Source: Yoonia sp.
Lineage (GTDB): Bacteria; Pseudomonadota; Alphaproteobacteria; Rhodobacterales; Rhodobacteraceae
NCBI GenBank assembly: GCA_965660685.1
Contig: CBFIAX010000013.1
Coordinates: forward strand, 937-64,936
Direction: 5' to 3'
DNA length: 64,000 nt
In this document: positions 27,510-36,849 of the stretch, in pieces
Numbering within the stretch: the first letter of the stretch is position 1
Layout of the letters: every line of letters begins with the position of its first letter
Notes under the pieces: model-generated
What the model saw: the letters and a program-made list of their open reading frames with translations, nothing else
The model's database searches: none
What the model was told of the DNA's origin: nothing
Translations under genes and position numbers: made by a program

Positions 27510-30500
27510 GTGCGTTTTAGTAAACTTCGCCTGAATGGATTTAAGAGCTTCGTCGATCCGACCGATTTGATTATCGCGGATGGGCTGACTGGCGTTGTCG
27601 GGCCAAATGGCTGTGGTAAATCGAATCTGTTAGAAGCGCTGCGCTGGGTCATGGGCGAGAATCGCCATAAAGCCATGCGTGGCGGTTCCATGGAAGATGT
27701 GATCTTTGCCGGTGCATCCACAAGGCCTGCGCGTAACTTTGCCGAAGTGTCGCTTTCGATTGATAATGGTGAACGGCTCGCGCCTGCGGCGTTTAACGAC
27801 AGCGACAATCTCGAAATCGTGCGTCGGATCACACGTGATGCGGGGTCCGCTTATAAAGTCAGTTCCAAGGACGTGCGCGCCCGCGATGTGCAGATGTTGT
27901 TTGCAGATGCATCTACCGGTGCCCATTCACCAGCGCTTGTCCGGCAGGGGCAGATTTCAGAATTGATCAATGCCAAGCCCAAGGCGCGGCGTCGGATTTT
28001 GGAAGAAGCCGCTGGGATTTCGGGCCTCTATCAGCGTCGCCATGAGGCTGAATTAAAGTTGAAAGGGGCAGAGACCAACCTGACCCGCGTGGACGATGTG
28101 ATTGAGCAATTGGCTGCCCAATTGGCGACACTAGCGCGCCAAGCCCGCCAAGCGGCACGTTATCGCGAGATTGGTGAGAATTTGCGCCGTTCCGAGGGCA
28201 TGTTGTTGTTCCGCCGCTGGTCAGAGGCCGATGCGGCGATGCTGGCGGCGACTGAACAATTGCGGGATCGCACGACGGCGGCTGGATCTGCGGAAAAGGC
28301 CGCGCGTTTGGCGGCCAAGGCGCGGTTGGAGGCCGAGGGCGCCTTGCCACCGCTGCGCGAAGAAGAAGCGATTTCGGCGGCTGTTTTGCAGCGCTTGCAG
28401 GTGCAGCGCGATACGCTGAAAGATCAAGAGGCCCGCGCGCTAGAGACCATCGAGACTTTGACCAATCGCATTGCTCAATTGGGCCGAGATATGGAACGAG
28501 AGGGTGGGCTGAACAAGGACGCGGGCGAGACGATCGCGCGGCTCGAATGGGAAGCCCGTGAAATTGCCAAGGCGGGCGAGGGCCATGCCGAGCGACTAGA
28601 GGCTGCACAGGTTGAAGCCCGTGAAGCGGGTGGCGTTTTGCAGACCCGCGAGGCGGATTTATCGCAATTGACCGAAGACGTCGCACGGCTTGCAGCGCGT
28701 CATCAATCGGCGCAACGGCTGGTGTCTGACAATCATACAACACTGGCGAAATCAGAGGCAGAGGCCGAAAAGTCCAAAGCTGCGATGGCCGAGGCCGATG
28801 CCGCGTTGAAAAAGGCTGAGGCGGATTTTGCCACAGCCGGTGCGGCCGAGAAGGAGGCGGTTGCCACGGCGGAAAAAGCAGATGCAACACTGGCCGAAGC
28901 AGAGCAAGCCCGTGCCGAAACCCAGACCCGTGAGAGTGATGCGCGCGTGAAGAGATCAGAGGCTGAAGGCGAGGCCAATGCACTCCGTGCAGAAGTGGCC
29001 GCACTCGCCCGTTTGGTGGAACGTGACACGGCCGAAGGTGGGCAGGTGCTTGATCTTTTGAAAGTGCAGCCGGGGTATGAAAAGGCGCTGGGTGCTGCAC
29101 TTGCCGATGATTTGCGTGCCCCCGCGGTTGGCCCTGATGCGGCGTCTGGCTGGGCAACGCTGACCCCGTATTTAACTGCGCAGGGTTTGCCTGATGGTGT
29201 CGCGCCGCTTACCCAATTTGTCGAGGCACCGGATGTCCTTGGGCGGCGGATGAACCAAGTGGGTCTTGTCCGTCAGGAAGAAGGCGCGCAGCTGCAAGCG
29301 GTGTTGAAGCCGGGCCAGCGGCTGGTGTCGCTGGAAGGTGATGTCTGGCGGTGGGACGGGTTTCGTGCTGCGTCCGAAGATGCCCCGTCAGCAGCGGCAT
29401 TGCGTTTGCAGCAGCTAAACCGTTTGGTCGAATTGAAACGCGATCTGGAAGAGGTCAATGCAACGGCGATGGGGGCGGCCCAAGCCCACGAGCAGTTGAC
29501 CCGTTATTTGGCCAAGCTGACCGAGGCCGATCAGGCTGCCCGTCAAGCGCGTCGCGATGCAGACCGTTTGGTGGCCGAAGCCAACCGGTCGGCAAGCCGT
29601 GCGGAAGCTGATCGCAATCTGTCCGAAGGCAAGCTTGAAAGCTCTGGTTTGGCGGTGAAACGTCATGAAGAGGATGCAGTGAATGCGCGGCGTGCGTTGG
29701 TCGAGGCAGAGCGGGCTTTGGCCGATTTGGGCGATTTGGACACAGCGCGTGGGCAGGTCGAAGATATTAAGATGACCGTTGAAGCGGCGCGGATCACGAT
29801 GATGTCGCGTCGGTCGGCCCATGATGAAGTTCGCCGCGAGGGCGATGCCCGATTGCGCCGGTCACAAGAGATCACCAAAGAGGTGTCCGGTTGGAAGCAC
29901 CGGTTGGAAACGGCTAACAAACGCACGGCGGAATTGGCCGAGCGTAAGGAAGTGTCCGAGGCCGAATTGGTTGAGGCAACCGCAGCACCAGAGGAGATTG
30001 CGGCCAAAAGATCAGAGCTGGCCGATGCGATTGATGAGGCGGAAACACGGCGTAAAGCATCAGCGGATAAGCTGGCCTTGGCCGATACCGCATTGCGTGA
30101 TGCGGCCGATGCCGAACGTGATGCAGAACGTGGCGCATCTGAGGCGCGTGAAGCCCGGGCGCGGTCAGAGGCGCGTTCTGATGCCGCCCGCGAAACTGTT
30201 GCTTACGCCGAAGAACGGATCATGGAAGCCCAAGAGGTGACGCCAGCGCAGTTGCTTGAAAGTTTGGAAATAGACTTGGAACAGATGCCTGCGGCGGAAG
30301 TTGTCGAAGGCCAAGTAAACGCGCTCAAACGTCAGCGTGACAGCTTGGGTGCTGTGAATTTGCGGGCAGAGGAAGACAGTATTGAGGTGCAAGTTGAGCA
30401 TGACAGCTTGGTGTCCGAAAAGGCCGATTTAGAGGCTGCGATCGCCGCCCTGCGCAGCGGGATTGCCAGCCTGAATAAAGAGGGTCGCGAGCGGTTGTTG

Positions 30501-30965
30501 ACGGCGTTTGAGCAGGTCAACGAGAGCTTTGGTCTGTTGTTCAGTCATCTGTTTGGTGGCGGCGAGGCCAAATTGGTTTTGGTTGAAAGTGATGATCCGC
30601 TAGAGGCCGGTTTGGAAATTATGTGCCAACCGCCGGGTAAGAAATTGTCGACACTATCGTTGTTGTCGGGTGGTGAGCAGACATTGACCGCGCTTGCGCT
30701 GATCTTTGCCGTGTTTTTGGCGAACCCTGCGCCGATCTGTGTGCTTGATGAGGTTGATGCGCCACTTGATGATGCCAATGTAACGCGGTTCTGTGACTTG
30801 CTGGATGAGATGACCCGTCGGACCCAAACGCGGTTTTTGATCATCACTCACCATGCTGTCACCATGAGCCGGATGGATCGCTTATTCGGCGTCACAATGG
30901 GTGAGCAGGGTGTGTCACAGCTGGTGTCTGTGGACCTCAAGAAGGCGGCTGCAATGGTGGCCTGA
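27510..30965 (+). CDS. smc: chromosome segregation protein SMC
   Basis: GFKSF, GPNGCGKSN Walker A, long coiled coils, LSGGE, LDEVDAPLD, IITH; GTG start assumed. Confidence 0.98.
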   Translation: MRFSKLRLNGFKSFVDPTDLIIADGLTGVVGPNGCGKSNLLEALRWVMGENRHKAMRGGSMEDVIFAGASTRPARNFAEVSLSIDNGERLAPAAFNDSDNLEIVRRITRDAGSAYKVSSKDVRARDVQMLFADASTGAHSPALVRQGQISELINAKPKARRRILEEAAGISGLYQRRHEAELKLKGAETNLTRVDDVIEQLAAQLATLARQARQAARYREIGENLRRSEGMLLFRRWSEADAAMLAATEQLRDRTTAAGSAEKAARLAAKARLEAEGALPPLREEEAISAAVLQRLQVQRDTLKDQEARALETIETLTNRIAQLGRDMEREGGLNKDAGETIARLEWEAREIAKAGEGHAERLEAAQVEAREAGGVLQTREADLSQLTEDVARLAARHQSAQRLVSDNHTTLAKSEAEAEKSKAAMAEADAALKKAEADFATAGAAEKEAVATAEKADATLAEAEQARAETQTRESDARVKRSEAEGEANALRAEVAALARLVERDTAEGGQVLDLLKVQPGYEKALGAALADDLRAPAVGPDAASGWATLTPYLTAQGLPDGVAPLTQFVEAPDVLGRRMNQVGLVRQEEGAQLQAVLKPGQRLVSLEGDVWRWDGFRAASEDAPSAAALRLQQLNRLVELKRDLEEVNATAMGAAQAHEQLTRYLAKLTEADQAARQARRDADRLVAEANRSASRAEADRNLSEGKLESSGLAVKRHEEDAVNARRALVEAERALADLGDLDTARGQVEDIKMTVEAARITMMSRRSAHDEVRREGDARLRRSQEITKEVSGWKHRLETANKRTAELAERKEVSEAELVEATAAPEEIAAKRSELADAIDEAETRRKASADKLALADTALRDAADAERDAERGASEAREARARSEARSDAARETVAYAEERIMEAQEVTPAQLLESLEIDLEQMPAAEVVEGQVNALKRQRDSLGAVNLRAEEDSIEVQVEHDSLVSEKADLEAAIAALRSGIASLNKEGRERLLTAFEQVNESFGLLFSHLFGGGEAKLVLVESDDPLEAGLEIMCQPPGKKLSTLSLLSGGEQTLTALALIFAVFLANPAPICVLDEVDAPLDDANVTRFCDLLDEMTRRTQTRFLIITHHAVTMSRMDRLFGVTMGEQGVSQLVSVDLKKAAAMVA

Positions 30966-31011
30966 CGGTGAGACGCGCGGCTGCGCCGACGCCCCTCCCG
31001 CCATCCCAATT

Positions 31012-31033
31012 ACATATTTATGCTCGGAAAAAG
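31012..31033 (+). repeat. partial (3' half) copy of subfamily D repeat
   Basis: ACATATTTATGCTCGGAAAAAG matches 39979-40000 ACATATTTAGGCTCGGAAAAAG at 21 of 22 positions. Confidence 0.7.
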
Positions 31034-31037
31034 CGGG

Positions 31038-31412
31038 TTAGTCGTAGGGTAGGTCATCGGGGGCGGTGTTTGTGAAGTCCGGCTTTGGCAGCGTGATTTG
31101 ATGGGCGCGAATTGTGGGTTTACCTTCGCTGTAGGCTTTCATCACGCGGTGCATGCCGTCGATCACGCGGTGGTTTTCGCAGATTAAGATCGGGTAGCTG
31201 AGGTCCGCGCGTTGGACTTGGGCCGCGTGGTCCAGCACGCTGATACAGGTTGGGATGCCTTCGGTGGCTTCATACCAATAAGGTTCAAAGATTTCGGTAA
31301 TCCGTGCTAGCATCAGGTCCATCGGGGTGAAGCTAAATTTCAAGAGAGGTTCGACCCGCCAGATGAGGATGTCATCGCCGGATTTGCGAAAATGATACTG
31401 TGGCCGGATCAC
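31038..31412 (-). CDS. hypothetical protein with ParB/sulfiredoxin-like motif
   Basis: ADLSYPILI...VIDGMHRV.KA; likely GTG start overlapping the upstream TGA (GTGA). Confidence 0.7.
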   Translation of the reverse strand: MIRPQYHFRKSGDDILIWRVEPLLKFSFTPMDLMLARITEIFEPYWYEATEGIPTCISVLDHAAQVQRADLSYPILICENHRVIDGMHRVMKAYSEGKPTIRAHQITLPKPDFTNTAPDDLPYD

Positions 31413-32569
31413 AGGGCGCTCAACAATGCGGCCGTCGGCCAAGCATCCGCAGGCAGGCCAAGGCGAGATTGCTCGGACTGTACGGCTTCGCGGGTTTTTG
31501 CGCCCAAGATCCCGTCGATGCCGCCCACGTCGTGACCGTGCGCTGTCAGTTTGGTTTGCAGCAATTGCATTTGTTCACCGCTCAGCGCTGGCGTCGGGTT
31601 GCCTGCGTCATAAATTGGCCCGCCAGCCAAACGTGTTGCGAAATAGGCGGCGGTGGTGACGTAGACGAAGCTTTTGTTCCATTCGAAGTAAATCTCGAAA
31701 TTGGGATAAGCGAGAAAGGCTGGCCCATTGCGCCCCATCGGCAAAAGCACGGCGGCGTCGAGATTGCCTGCTATTTTACCGTTGCGGGAGGTCACGCCCA
31801 AGGCAGCCCATTCCGCGCCTGATTTCTTGTGGGTCAAGCCGGTTTGCGCCCAGTCTAAATTGGCGGGCACGTTGATTTCTTGCAGCCAAGGTTCATTTGG
31901 CCGCCAGCCCAATGACGACAGCACATTGGCGCCGGACATCAGTGCGTCGGGAGACGAGTTTTTCAGATCGACCGCACCGTCGCCATCACCGTCTAGGCCG
32001 TGTTCGATGATGTCCTTGGGCAGCATTTGCACTTGGCCGATTTCACCCGCCCATGCGCCTGTGGTCGTGGCAGGGGTCATGCCGCCTTGGGCTGTCAGTT
32101 CGATGGCCGCGAGGAGTTGCGGGCGAAACAAGTCCGGACGGCGGCAGTCATGGGCAAGCGTGACAAGCGCGTTGCGTGTGTTGAAGTTACCTTGCACTTG
32201 GCCGTAGTCGGTTTCAAAGGCCCAGAACGCCAAGATCACGCCACGGGGGATGCCAAACTTTGCTTCGATTGCGTCGAAGGTTTCGTCGAATTTGTTGCCA
32301 TAGAACCGCCCGTTGTCGATCCGGTTTTGGCTGATGAGGGCGCGGCTGAAGCTGATGAAATCCTTTTGGAATACGCCTTGGGACCGGTCCGCCTTTAGCA
32401 CCGCGGGGTCAATTGCAGCCCCGCGCAGGACGGATTCTGTTGCCGCTGGGTCGAGGCCCGTGGACGCCGCCTCTGCCCTGATCCCGTCAAGAAAAGTAGG
32501 AAGCGGACCGCCGCAGGTTTGTGCGATTGCGGGGGATGTCAAAACTGTCAGGGCAAGTGCGAGGCGCAT
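31409..32569 (-). CDS. lytic murein transglycosylase (MltB family) with peptidoglycan-binding domain
   Basis: Signal peptide, AFWAFETDYG, GAWAGEIGQVQMLP, DGDGDG..DL, DGILGAKTREAV. Confidence 0.9.
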   Translation of the reverse strand: MRLALALTVLTSPAIAQTCGGPLPTFLDGIRAEAASTGLDPAATESVLRGAAIDPAVLKADRSQGVFQKDFISFSRALISQNRIDNGRFYGNKFDETFDAIEAKFGIPRGVILAFWAFETDYGQVQGNFNTRNALVTLAHDCRRPDLFRPQLLAAIELTAQGGMTPATTTGAWAGEIGQVQMLPKDIIEHGLDGDGDGAVDLKNSSPDALMSGANVLSSLGWRPNEPWLQEINVPANLDWAQTGLTHKKSGAEWAALGVTSRNGKIAGNLDAAVLLPMGRNGPAFLAYPNFEIYFEWNKSFVYVTTAAYFATRLAGGPIYDAGNPTPALSGEQMQLLQTKLTAHGHDVGGIDGILGAKTREAVQSEQSRLGLPADAWPTAALLSAL

Positions 32570-32615
32570 GGCGGGCAATCCTTTAGATCAAATTCCGTGC
32601 CAGCCTAACAGCGGA

Positions 32616-33518
32616 TTACAGCGTGACAATCCCGATTAATGCGGCTGCGCAAACTGCTGCTGCCCAAGCACGCCAAAGCACATGCACGGCGCGATCGATA
32701 TCAGTCGGGCCAAGGGTCTGTTTGCCTAATGGGTTCACGAAGGGGTCATTCGTTTTTTGCCCGTCGTAGGTGCGCGGGCCAGAAAGCGCGATGCCCAGAT
32801 GATTGGCCATCGCTGCTTCTGGCCAACCTGCGTTCGGAGAACGGTGAAAACCCGCCTCTGTTCTGATTGCGCGCAGTGATGTACGTGGGTTTAGCATCCA
32901 GATGAGCAGTCCCGTGATCCGCGCAGGGATCCAGTTGAGCACATCGTCGAACCGTGCCGCCGCCCAGCCGAATTCGTGATGACGCGGGGTTTTGTAGCCG
33001 ATCATACTGTCGGCAGTATTGGTGATTTTATACAGCAGTAAGCTGGGCAGGCCGCCGATTGCGAACCAGAATGCAGGGGCTATCACCCCGTCAGACAGGT
33101 TTTCAGCGGCACTTTCAATTGCGCCGCGGGCAACGGCGGATTGGTCCATTGTTGCGGTTTCGCGTCCGACGATCATCGCCACGCTCCGCCGTCCGTCACC
33201 AAGCGAGAGGCGCAACGCGCCGCCGACTGCCGCCACATGCGATGCGAGTGATTTTTGTGCCAAGAGGATTGCGCAAATTAGAATATCAGCGGCCCAGCCA
33301 AACAGTGCGTGCAATAAGATGCCCAGTGAGATTGCACCAAGTGCCAGCGCGGCCATCGTTATCGCCCCCTTGAGTTTGCGAGCAGGGCCGTGGTTTAGCT
33401 TTTTGTCGAGCCATCCTATGACGCGTCCCATTGAGATAGCGGGATGAGGGATGCGGTCCCAGACCGCCTTTGGCTCGCCAAAAATCGCGTCGATTAGCAT
33501 TGCGATGACGAGTGTCAA
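32616..33518 (-). CDS. cobD: adenosylcobinamide-phosphate synthase (CobD/CbiB)
   Basis: DAIFGEP...PHP, IVGRET, ESAAENLSDG, NTADSMIGY, SPNAGWPEAAMA. Confidence 0.95.
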   Translation of the reverse strand: MTLVIAMLIDAIFGEPKAVWDRIPHPAISMGRVIGWLDKKLNHGPARKLKGAITMAALALGAISLGILLHALFGWAADILICAILLAQKSLASHVAAVGGALRLSLGDGRRSVAMIVGRETATMDQSAVARGAIESAAENLSDGVIAPAFWFAIGGLPSLLLYKITNTADSMIGYKTPRHHEFGWAAARFDDVLNWIPARITGLLIWMLNPRTSLRAIRTEAGFHRSPNAGWPEAAMANHLGIALSGPRTYDGQKTNDPFVNPLGKQTLGPTDIDRAVHVLWRAWAAAVCAAALIGIVTL

Positions 33519-34453
33519 AACGCGGCTTCCAACTGTGCCCAGCGGTCAGGATGTGGCAGGCCGAGGCGAATCCAATTGTCCGCGTATGGGAAAATCCTGC
33601 TCCAGATATGCTGCTGTGCCAAGTGGTCTTGGGCGGCCTTAGCATCTGCGACTTCATATAGGCGGAACAGGGACGTGCCGCCGACCAGTGGCGCGCCTTG
33701 GTCGGCCATGAGCGTATCGAGACGGGCTGCGTCTTTGTCGAGACGGGTGCGAGTTTCGTCGGACCATGCGGGGTCGGAAAGGGCTTCGGACCCGATTGCC
33801 AATGCGGGGCCAGACACGTTCCAAGGGCCAAGCAAGTCGGTTAGATCATCAATGACTTTCGGATCACCAATCGCAAACCCAAGCCGCAAGCCAGCAAGCC
33901 CCCAGAATTTGCCAAAGCTCTTCAATACGACCGTGCCGGGCCGGTTTGCCAAATGGATCAGCGAGGCATCGGGGATGACGTCGCAAAAGCTTTCGTCGAT
34001 GATGCACAGCGGCACATCCAACATATCTGCGGTCCATTCGCGTCCGTCGGGGTTGTTGGGATGCACTGCAACAATCGCGTTCTGGCTGTCATTGCGCACG
34101 GTCCACCCTGCAGCGCGGAACGCGGCGGCGTGTTCGTTATAGGTGGGCGTTGCGATTCCGACGTCGCCTGCGGCCATCAGTCGCGGGATCGCGGCGATGC
34201 TGGAACTTGCACCAGCGGTGGGCAGAACAGCAGCCCCTGCTGGGATGTTCCAATAGCGGCGGGCCAGTCCAACGAGACGTTCATAGGCGGCCTTGTCAGG
34301 CAGGGCGGTCCAGGCATCGGCAGGCAACTTAGGGGATGGATATGGCACCGGATTGATGCCCGTTGATAAATCCAGCCAGCTGTCACGCGCGCCGCCAAAT
34401 TTCGCGATGGCTGCGTCTAGGCCACCGCCGTGATCGCGTGGAGTTTTTTGCAT
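33515..34453 (-). CDS. cobC: threonine-phosphate decarboxylase (CobC in Rhodobacter/P. denitrificans nomenclature)
   Basis: DHGGGL...WLDLSTGINP, PTYNEH, HPNNPDG, DESF.D, KSFGKFWGLAGLRLG. Confidence 0.93.
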   Translation of the reverse strand: MQKTPRDHGGGLDAAIAKFGGARDSWLDLSTGINPVPYPSPKLPADAWTALPDKAAYERLVGLARRYWNIPAGAAVLPTAGASSSIAAIPRLMAAGDVGIATPTYNEHAAAFRAAGWTVRNDSQNAIVAVHPNNPDGREWTADMLDVPLCIIDESFCDVIPDASLIHLANRPGTVVLKSFGKFWGLAGLRLGFAIGDPKVIDDLTDLLGPWNVSGPALAIGSEALSDPAWSDETRTRLDKDAARLDTLMADQGAPLVGGTSLFRLYEVADAKAAQDHLAQQHIWSRIFPYADNWIRLGLPHPDRWAQLEAAF

Positions 34454-34842
34454 CAGGCGTCTGCGTCTGGCAGTGGAGGATGGCGGGTGACAAAATGGCC
34501 TTTGATCGCTTGGGGCCATTCGCGATAGGGCACTTGACCATTCTCTGATGCTGCATGTTTGGTTGCATAATCCACGATCCCAGCTGCCGCATCGTCCAGC
34601 GGTTCAAAATTGCCAATGGTGTAGGACAATTTGCCCGGTGCTTGGATTGCGATATTGCAGCCTTGTTTACAGCCCATCAGGCAAGACACGCGGCGCGTTT
34701 TCAGGTCAGGCACGCCTACGGCTGCCCCTTCGATTAAGGCGGCGAGAACTTCACCGTCGGTTTTTTCTGCGCCGCTGGTATCCCAGCCTTCGCGTTTGCA
34801 GGTGTCGCAGATCGTGATCCAAGTTGTCATATTGTCGTCCAT
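34453..34842 (-). CDS. DUF1636-family Cys-rich protein
   Basis: ICDTCK...VSCLMGCKQGCNIAIQAPGK.SY...GQVPYREWP..IKGHFVTRHPP; stop overlaps the cobC start. Confidence 0.85.
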   Translation of the reverse strand: MDDNMTTWITICDTCKREGWDTSGAEKTDGEVLAALIEGAAVGVPDLKTRRVSCLMGCKQGCNIAIQAPGKLSYTIGNFEPLDDAAAGIVDYATKHAASENGQVPYREWPQAIKGHFVTRHPPLPDADA

Positions 34843-34930
34843 CAGATTTCGCCTCTTTTTCAAGCGGATTTTCGCCGGGACTTCAATGGGTATCCGCGAT
34901 TTGGCGAATAAGGCTTGGGAAATGCATGTT

Positions 34931-34955
34931 GTTAACACTTCGTTAAGATTTAACC
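34931..34955. promoter_or_regulatory. CtrA-binding site (full site plus TTAACC half site)
   Basis: Reverse complement of 34931-34946 is TTAA-CGAAGTG-TTAAC, an exact TTAA-N7-TTAAC; TTAACC at 34950-34955. Confidence 0.75.
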
Positions 34956-35019
34956 CACAAGCAGTTGATTATTTATTAATCGTTGTCGCAGCCATTGCGC
35001 AAATCTTGTCGGAGCATCC

Positions 35020-35430
35020 ATGCGCGTCCTGATCGTCCAAAGCAATTATGACCTCGGTCAGATCTGGGCCCGCCACCTCGAGCGGATGGGTGCGCATGTG
35101 CTGCATGTGCAAACCGGCGAAGCTGCACTCGATGCGATCGCTGATGGTCCTTTGGATGTCATTGTACTTGATCTGGTTCTGTCAGAGGTCAGCGCCCTAA
35201 CCGTGGCTGACTCCGCGCAATTCAATCAGCCGGCCGCGAATGTGGTGTTCGTGACGGACACGACGTTTTTTTCGGATGGATCAATCTTTGCCTTATGCGC
35301 CAATGCGCGCGCGTTCATGGAAACCACGACCCCGCCCGATGACTTGGCCGCGATTGTGCATCATTACGGCGAAGACGCTAGCCGCGGCCATGCGGCTGCG
35401 CATAATCCAACACCGGATTCGTTGGGATGA
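35020..35430 (+). CDS. single-domain response regulator receiver (atypical)
   Basis: MRVLIV...DVIVLDLVL...VVFVT receiver fold; acidic pair and conserved Lys not evident. Confidence 0.8.
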   Translation: MRVLIVQSNYDLGQIWARHLERMGAHVLHVQTGEAALDAIADGPLDVIVLDLVLSEVSALTVADSAQFNQPAANVVFVTDTTFFSDGSIFALCANARAFMETTTPPDDLAAIVHHYGEDASRGHAAAHNPTPDSLG

Positions 35431-36352
35431 TCCGATGCGGACTAATCGTGTCGTGGCTGTAATGATAATGCCGCACGATATGGTGCATGTTAACCGTCGC
35501 CGCCACGCCGTCCCATTGATACAGCTCGCGTGTGTAGGCCCATAAATTTGGGTAATCGACGATCCGCTTGCGGTTACATTTGAAATGCAGGTGATAAACG
35601 GGATCAAAGCGGATCAGCGTTGTGAACAGCCGCCAATCTGCTTCTGTAATTCTGTCGCCCATCAGAAAGCGGTTGGATGAAAGCCGTACCTCTAGCCAAT
35701 CAAGCGTTTCGAAAAGCGGGTCGATGGCCGCGTCATATGCGGCTTGGGTCGTGGCAAAGCCGGATTTGTAGACCCCGTTGTTGAAAGTGTCGTAAATCCG
35801 GTCGTTCACGGGAGCGATGGCGTCGCGCATATCGATCGGCCAATAATCATCTGTATTGCCTGTGATCCCGTCAAACGCGCTGTTGAACATGCGGATGATC
35901 TCTGACGATTCGTTGGACACGATGGTGCCGCGTTCTTTGTCCCACAAAATCGGCACGGTTACGCGGCCAGTCATGTCGGGTTGCGCGCGCAGGTAAATGT
36001 CGCGAGCAAACGGCAGGTTAAATAGGTCGTCTCCATTTGCGCCATGGTCGTCGGTCTTGAAGGTCCAACCGTCAGACAACATGTCTGGATGGACGGCGGA
36101 TATGCTAATGTGGTTTTCCAATCTTTTGAGCGTCCGAAAGATCAAGGTCCGGTGTGCCCAAGGGCAAGCATAAGAAACATACAGGTGGTAACGCCCTGAT
36201 TGCGCGGGGAAACCCCCTTCACCCGAAGGGCCAGCTGCCCCATCCACCGTGATCCAGTTGCGGAATGCTGCATTGGTGCGTTTGAACACGCCACTTGTGG
36301 ATTTGGTATCATACCAAACGTCGTGCCAAGTTCCGTCAACCAGCTGTCCCAT
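35378..36352 (-). CDS. glutathionyl-hydroquinone reductase (GST Xi/YqjG family)
   Basis: GRYHLYVSYACPWAHR, VTVPILWD, NESSEI, NNGVYKSGFA, IVRHYHYSH. Confidence 0.93.
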   Translation of the reverse strand: MGQLVDGTWHDVWYDTKSTSGVFKRTNAAFRNWITVDGAAGPSGEGGFPAQSGRYHLYVSYACPWAHRTLIFRTLKRLENHISISAVHPDMLSDGWTFKTDDHGANGDDLFNLPFARDIYLRAQPDMTGRVTVPILWDKERGTIVSNESSEIIRMFNSAFDGITGNTDDYWPIDMRDAIAPVNDRIYDTFNNGVYKSGFATTQAAYDAAIDPLFETLDWLEVRLSSNRFLMGDRITEADWRLFTTLIRFDPVYHLHFKCNRKRIVDYPNLWAYTRELYQWDGVAATVNMHHIVRHYHYSHDTISPHRIIPTNPVLDYAQPHGRG

Positions 36353-36642
36353 GGGGCGTCTCCTTTTCGTTTGTCCCAGCTACAAGTAACGCAAGCACGC
36401 GAATTCGCAACGCACCGATTTGGTGCGTATCTGCACATCTGTCGGATTTCGCCGCGCCATGCCGTTTAACCGTTTGCAGGACACGCCCACGCCCCATATA
36501 CATTCGTCAACGAAGCCACTTGGCCAGATAGGTTGAAGGCGCTGGGTTGACCCAATCGGGAACCAAATGCGCCTTGTCGTTAACCTTTCAAATGCGCGCG
36601 CGCAGGTCCTTTGGCTGTAAAACAAAGATAAGGACCAAGATT

Positions 36643-36849
36643 ATGCGCTTTGCACTTTTCACGTTTTTCATGCTCGCAGGCAATATGGCTGCGGCGCACC
36701 CCGGTCACCTGATCGAGCTTGCGGGACACGACCATTGGGCGGCTGGAGCGGCCATTGGTGCGGCGATCTTGGCGGGTATCTGGGGCGCTGTGCGCGGCGA
36801 AAAATCGGATGAGCCAGAGGAAGAAGAGCTTGAAGAGGAAGCTGCATGA
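36643..36849 (+). CDS. small signal-peptide/His-motif membrane protein upstream of cbiX
   Basis: RBS AAGGA; MRFALF...AAAHPGHL..LAGHDHW, then a TM helix and acidic tail; ATGA overlap with cbiX. Confidence 0.8.
   Translation: MRFALFTFFMLAGNMAAAHPGHLIELAGHDHWAAGAAIGAAILAGIWGAVRGEKSDEPEEEELEEEAA

Noticed and set aside
27967-29157. 396-aa antisense ORF within smc, and similar long shadow ORFs opposite cob, RND and dapA genes
   Set aside because: Expected antisense open frames in GC-rich coding DNA; Pro/Arg-rich with no motifs or RBS.
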